From: Candidatus Poribacteria bacterium
Lineage (GTDB): Bacteria; Poribacteria; WGA-4E; WGA-3G
Reading direction: 5' to 3'
Assembly: GCA_965197475.1 (NCBI GenBank)
Contig: CBDANF010000003.1
Location: 416,001-480,000 of the forward strand
Length of the DNA stretch: 64,000 bases
Shown in pieces: positions 39,330 to 49,319 of the stretch. Position numbers and translations under genes: made by a program. The number at the start of each line of letters is the position of its first letter. Position 1 is the stretch's first letter. Below the pieces are notes generated by a model. The model saw nothing but the letters and a program-made list of their open reading frames with translations, was not told where the DNA came from and did not search any database.

Positions 39330-41894
39330 ATGGAAAAAGACGATGTCGAATTGATTGACAGCATTTTGTCTGGTGACGATAATGCTTTCAGTACATTAGT
39401 CCGGAAATACCAAAAGAGCGTCCATGCACTTGCATGGCGGAAAGTCCATGATTTCCATATAGCCGAAGAAATAACACAAGATACCTTCCTGCACGTATAC
39501 AAAAAACTGCCAACCCTTAAAAATCCGAATCAGTTTGCTGGATGGTTGTATGTGATTGCCAATCGACGCTGCATTGCTTGGCACCGAAAGAAAAAATAGG
39601 AAGTGCAATCCCTTGAAGCCACAAGCCAAGAAATGCTTGAAGGAACAGCCTATGCGTGTTATGTGACGGAACAACGTGATGAAGCATCAGGTGAACGTTG
39701 TCGTGAAATTGTGCAAAGTCTTCTGGAGAAACTACCTGAGAGTGAACGTACGGTGGTTATACTCCACTACCTCGGAGAAATGACCTGTGAAGCGATTAGC
39801 AAGTTTTTAGGGGTGTCCCCGAACACGGTCAAAAGTCGGTTGAGCCGCGCCCGAAAACGTTTAAGAGAGCAAGAATCAATATTGCGAGATACACTTGGAA
39901 GTGTACAATTACCTTCTAATCTAACCGAAAACATTATGAGGGACATTACCAACCTAAAACAGACACCACCCTCAGGCGGTAAACCATTACTACCGTTGGG
40001 AGCTTTAGGTTCATCTATCATTTTGGTTATTTTGCTGATAGGCGCGAGCAATCAATATCTGACTCACTTTCAATTACCGTATAGTTTTGACGCACAATCA
40101 GAAACTACTATTGAAATCGTTGAAGTACCCGTTATCCATGAAATCCAGCCAAAACTTGATGTGCAAAATCGGGTTGGAAGCGATACTGCTCCTAGTAAAA
40201 GCAGCAACGACGGTTCAGCAAAAGGAGAAACTTCTATGCAAAACAACCTTGTCCAAGATTCTACACAATGGAAATTACCTGAAGGTGCAAAAGCGCGTTT
40301 AGGAAAAGGCTACGTATATGAGTTGACGTATTCCTCAGATGGCAAACTACTTGCTGTATCAGGGACTATGGGTATTTGGATTTATGATGCACACACAGGT
40401 GAAGAACTCAATCTGCTCTTAGGACACGGCTCTGGTGGTGTTCCAGCAGTCGCTTTTAGTCCCGATAATCAACTTCTTGCAAGTGGTAGCCGTGACAAGA
40501 CAATTAGGTTATGGGACCCTCACACCGGACAACATAAAGCGACATTCACAGGACATCAGGATGCAGTCTATTCAGTGGCGTTTAGTCCCAATGGACAAAA
40601 ACTTGCAAGTGGAGGTGAGGATGAAACAATCCGTTTATGGGATGTAGCTACTGGAGAACTTCTCCTCACCTTTGCTGGACATGCAGGGGGTGTATCTAAT
40701 GTGATGTACTCTACAGATGGCGAAATGCTTGCTAGCCACGGATGGGATGGAATGATTCACTTGTGGGACTCCAATACTGGAGAATTCCTTCGCTCGCTTA
40801 CCGGACATACGGGAGATATCTATTCCATCGCATTTTCTCCTGACGGTAAAACTATAGCGAGTGGTGCTGAGGATGGGACAATTCGGTTTTGGGAGACTCA
40901 AACTGGACACCTCAAGGCAACCTTAACAGCAGCAACAGATGGCGAAGGAGTTAATTCAGTTTTGTTCAGTCCAAATGGGCAGACGTTCGTCAGTAACAAC
41001 TATGGTGACGATGAAATTCAGTTTTGGGACGTAGCTTCCGGTCAACGGCTCAAAACCATCACAAGTCCGAAAGATACAACCAATAATATAGTATTCTCCC
41101 CGGATGGGAACACACTTGCAAACGCAGGCAGGGATGGCACAATCCGATTCTGGGATGTGGCTACCACTACTCCGCTACGAACCCTCACGGGATATGCAAA
41201 TTTGTTTACTGATATGGCGTACTCACCGGATGGAAAGACACTCGCTACTGTAAGTTCTATGGAAAGACTGCGATTATGGGATACCCGTACTGGCAAACTA
41301 ATGAAAACGTACCTCCCGCGTTCCAACGGCATCTATTGTACCGCATTTTTACCGGATGGTGTAACCCTTGCATGTGGGGGTGGTGGAGACAACTCGGTGT
41401 GGCTTTTGAATGCTGAAACGGGTGAACATGGACAGGTTTTCACAGGACACACAGATAATATTGAATCGGTGGTATTCAGTCGTGATGGACAGATGCTCGC
41501 AAGTGGGGATTCCAACGGAAACATTCATGTGTGGGATGTGGCTACTGGTGAAACCCTAAGAATACTCGAATGGCACAATGATTATGTCCGAACTTTGGCA
41601 TTCTCTCCTGACGGAAAAATGCTTGTGAGTACGAGTGATTCGGAAATTCGTTTTTGGGACATTAACACTTGGGAGACTATAAGAAAAGTTTCTGATTACG
41701 ATGTGTCAATTTCACCGGATTGGAAAACGTTTGTGACTTACGGCAGTGACCGCATAGTCAAATATTGGCACATGGATTCGGATGATCCGTTAAAGACTAT
41801 TACGCCAGAAGAAAAACCATATTCTCCAGATGGGCGTACTTTCGCCACGGCAGGTTGGGACAGCACTATCCTGCTATGGGATGTCCCAGAATAA
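39330..41894 (+). pseudogene. ECF sigma-70 factor-TM-WD40 fusion interrupted by an in-frame TAG (39597-39599)
   Basis: Sigma2 (AFSTLVRKYQKSV, AEEITQDTFL, FAGWLYVIA), then TAG, then in the same frame sigma4 (LPESERTVVILHY...TVKSRLSRARKRL), a hydrophobic helix, LPEGAKARLGKG and WD40 repeats. Confidence 0.85.
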
Positions 41895-41959
41895 GTCTGA
41901 CTTCATGGCATCGTCAGCAGGTTTCCACTCATACACAACCTCAAAGGAGTTCATATTGC

Positions 41960-43909
41960 ATGAAAATACTAAGTCTTTTACTAACCACTCTGCCAATGAT
42001 TTCGACTTTATTTTTATTAACTTTTTTGTCCTCCGCTGCTTTTTCCCAAAATCATACTCGATTAGGGTTACCTGTTGGTGCTAAAGCACGTCTCGGGAAA
42101 GGTAGAATACATCAGATAAAGTATTTTCCAGATGGCAAACGTCTCGCTGTTGCGACTTCCATCGGTATCTGGATTTATGATTTGGGTTCAGGAGAAGCAC
42201 TTGACTTGCTCATCGGACATACGGGACCGATTAAATCAATAGCATTCAGTCCAGACGGTCAAACTCTTGCCACGGGGAGTGAGGACAACACTATACGATT
42301 ATGGGACACAAACACAAGTCAATATAAAGTTACCTGTATTGGACATGAAAAGGATGTCAATTTTTTGGCTTTTAGTCCTTCCGGGAAGACACTTGCCAGT
42401 GCTAGTGGGGATTGGAAAGATCGGAAGATCCGGATTTGGGACGCGCAAACCGGCAGACTTCTGAAAACCGTCACATCTGATGCCGAACCCATAAGTGCAA
42501 TCACATATTCTCCTGATGGTGCGATGCTTCTCGCCATCGGAAATTGGGACAAGAACGAATTTTATATTGAATCCTGGGATGCACAAACTGGTGATCATTT
42601 AAAAGACGTTCTAATTGAAACAAATTTTAATGCTGCAGCGATTTCTCCAGACTGCAAAGTTCTGGCTGGCGTAGGTAAAGATCCGCACCCGATTCAGTTT
42701 TGGGATGTAGAAACAGGTACACCTCTGAAAAGTGCTGAAAAATGGGAAGGAGATTTTGAGTACATAGAGTTTTCACCCGATGGACGCAGGATCGTTACCG
42801 GAGGTATTTGGGATTCTGTTAGTCTTTGGGACGTTAGCAAGGCAGAACTTCTAAACAGAATGGCGCGTGGAGAACCGATTAATTCTGTCACGTATTCACC
42901 TGATGGAAAGGCAATAGCAAGTGGAAGTGATGATGGCACAATCCGATTTTGGGATGTTGCGACCGGCAAACTGATAAAAACCATCACTGGACATCTGGAT
43001 TCACAATTTTTTTCTGCAGCTTTTTCTCCTGATGGTAGCACACTAATCTGTGGTGGTGAATCCAAAGTCCAATTCTGGAATCCACAGACCTACGAACTTA
43101 TGAAAACTATCGAAGAAACGCGTTGCAACGTATATACAATAAAATATTCACTTGATGCGAATATATTTGCCACCGGAGGCACATCTAAGAAAGCACGTTT
43201 GTGGGATGCGAAGACCGGGAGGTTCCTTGGAAGATTCTCAGCACATAAAGATCAGACTCATTACAGAAATAAAGAAAAAGTTTCTACCGTTGCCTTTTCG
43301 CCCGATGGGAGTATACTTGCAACTGGAGGTAGTGACAATCAGGTCTGTTTGTGGGAAATCCGTACGGACGAACTGTATCTAATTGGTGAACGTTTGGCGG
43401 CGTTCACTGAACATACGGAAAACGTCTCTTCTGTAGCTTTTTCACCTGATGGAAATGTGCTTGCAAGTGGAAGCCAAGACAAAACAATTCAATTGTGGGA
43501 CGTAAAGTCTCATAAGCACCTGAAAACCCTCACTGGGCACGAAGAAGATGTCACCGCTGTGGTGTATTCCCCGGACGGTAGCACACTTGCCAGCGGAAGC
43601 GAGGATGGCACCATCCGTTTGTGGAACCCACACACAGGCGATCTACGATTCCCTCCAATAGAAGAAGCAGGACAGGTAACTGCTTTGGCATATTCCCCCG
43701 ATAGTAGTATGCTGGCGGGCACAAGTACTGACAAAAACGACATTTACATTTGGGATGCACAGACAGGACAATGTCTTCAAACCTTTACCGGGCATACACA
43801 GCGCGTCAATGCTGTGGCGTATTCTCCAGACGGCAAGACTCTCGCGAGTGTAAGCTCTGACGGTACGCTCCTCCTTTGGGACCTAACAGCGTCTGTTCTG
43901 AATAGATGA
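41960..43909 (+). CDS. Secreted WD40 protein, subtype A
   Basis: AAGGAG RBS, signal peptide, LPVGAKARLGKG, IKYFPDG, GRFLGRF, LWEIR...IGERL. Confidence 0.9.
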   Translation: MKILSLLLTTLPMISTLFLLTFLSSAAFSQNHTRLGLPVGAKARLGKGRIHQIKYFPDGKRLAVATSIGIWIYDLGSGEALDLLIGHTGPIKSIAFSPDGQTLATGSEDNTIRLWDTNTSQYKVTCIGHEKDVNFLAFSPSGKTLASASGDWKDRKIRIWDAQTGRLLKTVTSDAEPISAITYSPDGAMLLAIGNWDKNEFYIESWDAQTGDHLKDVLIETNFNAAAISPDCKVLAGVGKDPHPIQFWDVETGTPLKSAEKWEGDFEYIEFSPDGRRIVTGGIWDSVSLWDVSKAELLNRMARGEPINSVTYSPDGKAIASGSDDGTIRFWDVATGKLIKTITGHLDSQFFSAAFSPDGSTLICGGESKVQFWNPQTYELMKTIEETRCNVYTIKYSLDANIFATGGTSKKARLWDAKTGRFLGRFSAHKDQTHYRNKEKVSTVAFSPDGSILATGGSDNQVCLWEIRTDELYLIGERLAAFTEHTENVSSVAFSPDGNVLASGSQDKTIQLWDVKSHKHLKTLTGHEEDVTAVVYSPDGSTLASGSEDGTIRLWNPHTGDLRFPPIEEAGQVTALAYSPDSSMLAGTSTDKNDIYIWDAQTGQCLQTFTGHTQRVNAVAYSPDGKTLASVSSDGTLLLWDLTASVLNR

Positions 43910-44682
43910 ACGTTATAAATTTTCAAAAAAATTTGCAATCAGAAAGAAAGTGTAGTATACTGTACAGTTGGAAAAATCAGAATATCGAAATTATCGAGGG
44001 TGGTTCATCAACATTTTATTCGTTAGTGCCTAACGTTGATTAGGTCCGTGCAGCACGATTCACCTCCCGCGGAATCCTATACGCGCATTCCGCGTTGATT
44101 TGATCCTACCCCGCCTACACACATTAGGTTGTGCTACACAATAGAAATCATGAACCATTCTTTTTTGTTTGGTAGGTCAGTTCTCAACTCACACCTACCG
44201 GATGTTGTCACTTTTAGTAAAATCCGAAAATACATTCACATTTATTTGTAGTTTACAGACTATCTACAAGTTATCTCAAAAATCTCTTGTTGTGTTCTGC
44301 TAAGTTGTTTTGCGTCCATTTCTTGTCCATATAGGTATGTTGCCGCTCAATTCTTTGTGTCTATAGACTGAAACAGTATTTGGTTATGGTTTTTACCGTT
44401 CAATTTTGCTAAGACGTGTCCAAGTTTATCTTCCCTAAAATCCGAACAATCAAGATCAAAATTCGTTCACTCATACAGATTCAGTATCCGGGTTCACAAT
44501 ACCGGTTGTCTAAATCACAAGTGCATCTCTACCATAAAATCAAACAAAATGTTCATATAGGTTGAGTTTGGAATCTCACTACGGCTATGACGTTTCAAAT
44601 ATTTTGGTCATACTAAATTTTGTATGTGTTACTATTTCCCTGTGCATATAACAACCTTTCGAATAAAATGGAGGCTTGTTTC

Positions 44683-46581
44683 ATGAAAACAGTGTTTTCT
44701 TTTCTTGTTGTGATCCTTAGTTTTTCTGTACTATGTTTGCCAAATGGCATAGCACAAGAATATATGAAAAATTATTTGCCTGAAGGTGCCAGAGCTCGTG
44801 TCGGAAAAGGATCTGTGTCTGAAATTGCATATTCTCCAGATAGTACTCAACTGGCTGTAGCAAGTTCAATCGGCATCTGGATCTATGATGCGCGAACAGG
44901 TCAAGAACTTGATCTACTCACAGGCCACACAGGTGGTGTTTCTTCCGTATGTTATAGTCCTGATGGTCACACGCTGGCGAGCGGGAGTTCCGACCACACT
45001 ATCCGATTATGGGATGTCAGGACTGGTGAGCTCAAAACAACACTAACTGGACACACTGGGAGTATATATTCTGTAGCCTTCAGTCCAGATGGCAGAACGG
45101 TTGCAAGTGGCAGCAGAGACGAGTTCATTCGGTTTTGGGATGTGAAAACTGGCGAAACACTCCGAACTATCGCTGGACATGTTGATCGTGTCTCCGGTGT
45201 CGTGTATTCTCCTGATGGTAAAAAACTTGCGAGTTTTGGATACGATGAAAAAATTCATGTCTGGGATGCAAAGACAGGAGAATTCATAAAGACCCTTGAA
45301 CCAGAGTTTGAGCGTGATACTTCCGGTTATAGTCGCATCTATGCAATAGCATTTTCTCCGGACAGCCAAACACTCGCATCTGGGAGTCGCTATGGAACAA
45401 TTCGGATGTGGGATATCAAAAATTCGCAACTGAAATTTAACTTCATAGCAAATAAAGGGGGTGTCTATTCGGTAACATTTAGTCCTGATGGTCAAACACT
45501 CGCTACGGGGGGACATCCTGAGAATGCCAACGTTCTCCAGTTATGGGATACTGCTACTGGCAAACAGGTGAAAAACTTTACCGGGCATTCGGATATTGTT
45601 ACATCATTGGTTTTTTCTCCAGACGGGGCAACATTAACAAGTTATAGTTCTGATAAAACCTTATGTATATGGGATAGTGCAACGGGTACCCCTTTGCACA
45701 CTGTTACTGGATCTAACAGAGGAACGGTTAAGTCTACAATGTTTTCGTCACATGGGCGAACAATGGCATGTTTGTTAACTACAGGCGACATTCAGTTGTG
45801 GGATCCAAACACAGTTACATTGACAAAGACTATCAATGCTAACCTGCGAAGGATCTCTTGTATTGCCTATTCTCCAGATAATGTGACGTTCGCATGTGGC
45901 AATTCTGATGGGGAATTGGTTTTACTTGATGCGGACTCTGGGGAACAAAACCACATTATCCTGGAGGCGCACACCGACAGAATCACATCGGTAGCTTTCA
46001 GTCCTGATGCAAGTACACTTGCAAGTTGTAGTTATGATAAGATAATTCGCTTGTGGAATGTTCACACAGGCAAGCTGATAGATTCATTTGAAGGGCATGT
46101 GAATTCGGTAGTAGATTTAGCATTTTCACCATCTGGTAATATAGTTGTGAGTGCATGTAGTAATGGCATAATCCGATTTTGGGATATAAAAACTGGGCAA
46201 ACTGTCAAAACCATAGAAGCACATGCCGACAGAATTGAGGAAATAGTATTCTCTCCATCTGGGGAAATTCTTGTGAGTTCAGGTGGAGATGACACAATCC
46301 GATTCTGGGATGTTAAGACAGGCGAACTTTTAAAAACAATCGATCCTGGGAAAAATATCGCTTCTATAGCGTTTTCACCTGATGGACGTAAATTAGCCAG
46401 CTCATATTTGAGAGAGAATGAGATTAACCTTTGGGATGTAAATACAGGTGGAATTTTGCAAACATTTACGGGACATACTGATTTTATTTATATTGCCCCG
46501 ATTGTTTTTTCCCCTGATGGTAAGAGTCTCATTAGTAGTAGCTATGATAATACTATGATTTTTTGGGAGATAAATCCGTAG
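44683..46581 (+). CDS. Secreted WD40 protein, subtype B
   Basis: GGAGG RBS, signal peptide, YMKNYLPEGARARVGKG, YSPD first blade, TGEFIKTL. Confidence 0.9.
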   Translation: MKTVFSFLVVILSFSVLCLPNGIAQEYMKNYLPEGARARVGKGSVSEIAYSPDSTQLAVASSIGIWIYDARTGQELDLLTGHTGGVSSVCYSPDGHTLASGSSDHTIRLWDVRTGELKTTLTGHTGSIYSVAFSPDGRTVASGSRDEFIRFWDVKTGETLRTIAGHVDRVSGVVYSPDGKKLASFGYDEKIHVWDAKTGEFIKTLEPEFERDTSGYSRIYAIAFSPDSQTLASGSRYGTIRMWDIKNSQLKFNFIANKGGVYSVTFSPDGQTLATGGHPENANVLQLWDTATGKQVKNFTGHSDIVTSLVFSPDGATLTSYSSDKTLCIWDSATGTPLHTVTGSNRGTVKSTMFSSHGRTMACLLTTGDIQLWDPNTVTLTKTINANLRRISCIAYSPDNVTFACGNSDGELVLLDADSGEQNHIILEAHTDRITSVAFSPDASTLASCSYDKIIRLWNVHTGKLIDSFEGHVNSVVDLAFSPSGNIVVSACSNGIIRFWDIKTGQTVKTIEAHADRIEEIVFSPSGEILVSSGGDDTIRFWDVKTGELLKTIDPGKNIASIAFSPDGRKLASSYLRENEINLWDVNTGGILQTFTGHTDFIYIAPIVFSPDGKSLISSSYDNTMIFWEINP

Positions 46582-46630
46582 TCCTTCTCTTAAACATCGA
46601 ATATTTTAGATTTTTAAAGGAGTGTGGTTA

Positions 46631-48535
46631 ATGAATATACGTAATCTTATACGCATTGTGTTCCTTATTATTTCTGTAATGTATTCAAGTCTGCTGCCAA
46701 ATGTCTTTTCAGATGAGTCCACGCGCTGGGGTTTACCAACTGGAGCCAAAGCACGATTCGGAAAAAGCAGAATAAATGATATTAAGTACTTTCCAGATGG
46801 TAACAAGATAGCAGTGGCAACAACCATTGGCACCTGGATCTATGATGTACATTCGGGTGAGGAAATTGACCTGCTTACAGAACATACTGGCTATGTAAGT
46901 TCTATAGCATTTAGTCACGATGGCAAAATATTTGCTACGGGAAGTGGCGATGATACTGTCTGCTTATGGGATACACAAACTGGTCAAAACATATCTACAC
47001 TCATCGGACACACGGGTAGTGTTACTTCAGTCTCCTTTAATTCTAAAAGTGACATCCTCGCGAGTGGTAGTCTTGACAATACCATTCAATTATGGAACAT
47101 ACATACTGGCGAACCACTAAAAACACTCATAGGACATGCAGGAGGAGTGTATTGCGTGGCATTTTCCCCCGATGGTGAAACAATAGCAAGCGGAGCAAGG
47201 GATAGCACATTACGATTTTGGAACACATCTACCGGTAAACAACAGAGTACTTTTTTTGTTCAAGATACTTGGGTGAAAACTGTCGCATTTTCACCGGATG
47301 GCAAAGTTGTTGCATGTGCAGGAGATGATGCTATGGTGTACATTTATGATGTTGCTACAGGAGAACGTTTGAAGATTCTCACAGGACATAGTAGTTATAT
47401 CGATTCTGTTGTCTTTGCACCCGACGGACGCACCCTTGCGAGTACAAGCCATGACTGGAAACTCCATATTTGGGACGTAAAAACAGGGACTCTTCTGAAT
47501 TACTTTAAACATAAAAGTTTCGTAACCACAGCAGCGTATTCACCAGATGGTAAGACACTTGTTTGCGGCAGTTATGACGGGACTATTCGATTTCGAAATA
47601 GCAGAACAATGGAACTTTTTAAAACCATCACCGGACATACTAATCGAGTCTATTCAGTTGCATATTCGCCAGATGGTAAGACGCTTGCCTGTGGAATTGG
47701 AAAGCAACTACAATTTTTGGATTTACAGACCGGTGAACTCCTCAACACTATCTCTGGTTATCAGACATATTTTTATTCTGTTGAGTTCTCTCCGGATGGA
47801 AAAACACTCGTCGGTGGAGTTTCAAACACAACAGGCAGTAGGGTTCGATTGTGGGATGTACATACAGGTAAGTTCATTGGCAGTTTCAGTTTCCCAGACG
47901 GGAGATCTAAGGCTAACTCTATTGCCTATTCTCCCGATGGTAGCACGTTGGCTACTGGGTACGTCGACGGCAACATTCTGTTATGGGAGGTTCGCACTGG
48001 AGAACAATTGCTGATTGGCGATCTGTTAAGAACGTTATTTGAGCATACTTCATCTGTGAACTCGCTTGTGTTTTCCCCAGATGGTAGTTTACTTGCAAGT
48101 GGAAGTTCCGATAACACGATTATGTTGTGGGATCCCATTACCGGCAATCACTTGAAAACACTTATTGGACACTCAGATAAGGTGAATGACATTATCTTTT
48201 CGCCAGATGGCACAACCCTTGTCAGTGGCGGTGAGGATAGCACTATTAGCGTGTGGAATGTGGAAACTGGCGAATTACGGTTTCCTCCAATTCCACATTT
48301 TGGTGATGTCACTTCTCTCGCGTTTTCTCCTGATGGAAGCATTTTTGCAAGCGGGAGCGACAACGATACAATTTACCTTTGGGACTTGCAGACGAGAAAA
48401 GTAATACACACCTTCGTTGCGCATGCGTATGATGTCACTGATGTTGCGTTCTCTCCTGATGGTGAAACGCTTGCAAGCAGTAGTCGTGATGGCACAATTC
48501 TTATTTGGGAGCTTAAAACGTTTTTTAATAAATAA
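46631..48535 (+). CDS. Secreted WD40 protein, subtype A
   Basis: Signal peptide, LPTGAKARFGK, IKYFPDG, GKFIGSF, LWEVR...IGDLL. Confidence 0.9.
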   Translation: MNIRNLIRIVFLIISVMYSSLLPNVFSDESTRWGLPTGAKARFGKSRINDIKYFPDGNKIAVATTIGTWIYDVHSGEEIDLLTEHTGYVSSIAFSHDGKIFATGSGDDTVCLWDTQTGQNISTLIGHTGSVTSVSFNSKSDILASGSLDNTIQLWNIHTGEPLKTLIGHAGGVYCVAFSPDGETIASGARDSTLRFWNTSTGKQQSTFFVQDTWVKTVAFSPDGKVVACAGDDAMVYIYDVATGERLKILTGHSSYIDSVVFAPDGRTLASTSHDWKLHIWDVKTGTLLNYFKHKSFVTTAAYSPDGKTLVCGSYDGTIRFRNSRTMELFKTITGHTNRVYSVAYSPDGKTLACGIGKQLQFLDLQTGELLNTISGYQTYFYSVEFSPDGKTLVGGVSNTTGSRVRLWDVHTGKFIGSFSFPDGRSKANSIAYSPDGSTLATGYVDGNILLWEVRTGEQLLIGDLLRTLFEHTSSVNSLVFSPDGSLLASGSSDNTIMLWDPITGNHLKTLIGHSDKVNDIIFSPDGTTLVSGGEDSTISVWNVETGELRFPPIPHFGDVTSLAFSPDGSIFASGSDNDTIYLWDLQTRKVIHTFVAHAYDVTDVAFSPDGETLASSSRDGTILIWELKTFFNK

Positions 48536-48548
48536 AGGATATCTCTCT

Positions 48549-49032
48549 ATGAGAAATATCAGTCTGTTAATACTTCCAATAATCTTAATGTCCCTGTCAT
48601 GTATTTCCGTTAGTTTTGCTCAAAATTATTTCGAAAACTATCTACCTGAAGGAGCTATCGCGCGGTTCGGGAAAGGCTATATTTATGATTTCGATTATTC
48701 GCCTGATGGCACTCTAATTGCAGTTGGAAGTACCATTGGTATCTGGCTGTATGATGCCCGGACTGGAAAATAACTCAAATTACTCACAGGACATAATTAT
48801 GTTATAGTGAAACCCATAATTATCTTTACTTTTGTTCTTATGTGGATTTCAAACACACCATGAATATAAGAGGCGCAATGAATTGCGCGACTACAAACGC
48901 CGCTAACCTTAAGAAAATTGTAAAGGTATTTTTAGATTTTACTATAATGCAGTTAAATTTAGTCCTGACAGGAGGACACTTGCCAGTAGGGGCGGAGATA
49001 GCACTGTGATTCTATGGGATTTGACAAAATAA
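48549..49032 (+). pseudogene. Collapsed subtype-B WD40 gene (internal deletion, nonsense codon, MITE insertion)
   Basis: Signal peptide + NYLPEGAIARFGKGY, TAA at 48771, MITE at 48805-48944, then AVKFSPDRRTLASRGGDSTVILWDLTK*. Confidence 0.8.
48805..48944. mobile_element. MITE with IS630-like ends and TA duplication
   Basis: TA|TAGTGAAACC...GATTTTACTA|TA, with internal GCGCAATGAATTGCGCGACTAC. Confidence 0.7.
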
Positions 49033-49163
49033 TACCATTTCTAAAAAATACAATTTCATTATGAGATTTCGGAGCGCACATTAAGGTGAAGAATGTAAGA
49101 GGCGCAATGAATTGCGATTAAACGCGTTTTTGCTAATGAAAAGCAATCATTTAGAAATGGTAT
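49032..49163. mobile_element. MITE-like element (ATACCA ends)
   Basis: Perfect 14-bp TIR ATACCATTTCTAAA / TTTAGAAATGGTAT, with internal GTAAGAGGCGCAATGAATTGCG. Confidence 0.65.
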
Positions 49164-49319
49164 AATAATCTTTGTTAAAAATCAATTTTGTTGAAGCAAA
49201 TTTTTCGTACTTTTATCTTGATATGTCAAGTTGCCAATGATGTTGACTCCAGCATGTCACGAAAGTAAATATTGCAAATTTAGTGTTTACCAACTACACA
49301 ATTATAGGAGTACATATTG

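Noticed and set aside
39597-39599. Genome-wide TAG recoding or pyrrolysine
   Set aside because: TAG is a normal stop for other genes here (16093, 20501, 38749, 46581, 51212, 53244), and no pyl genes are seen.
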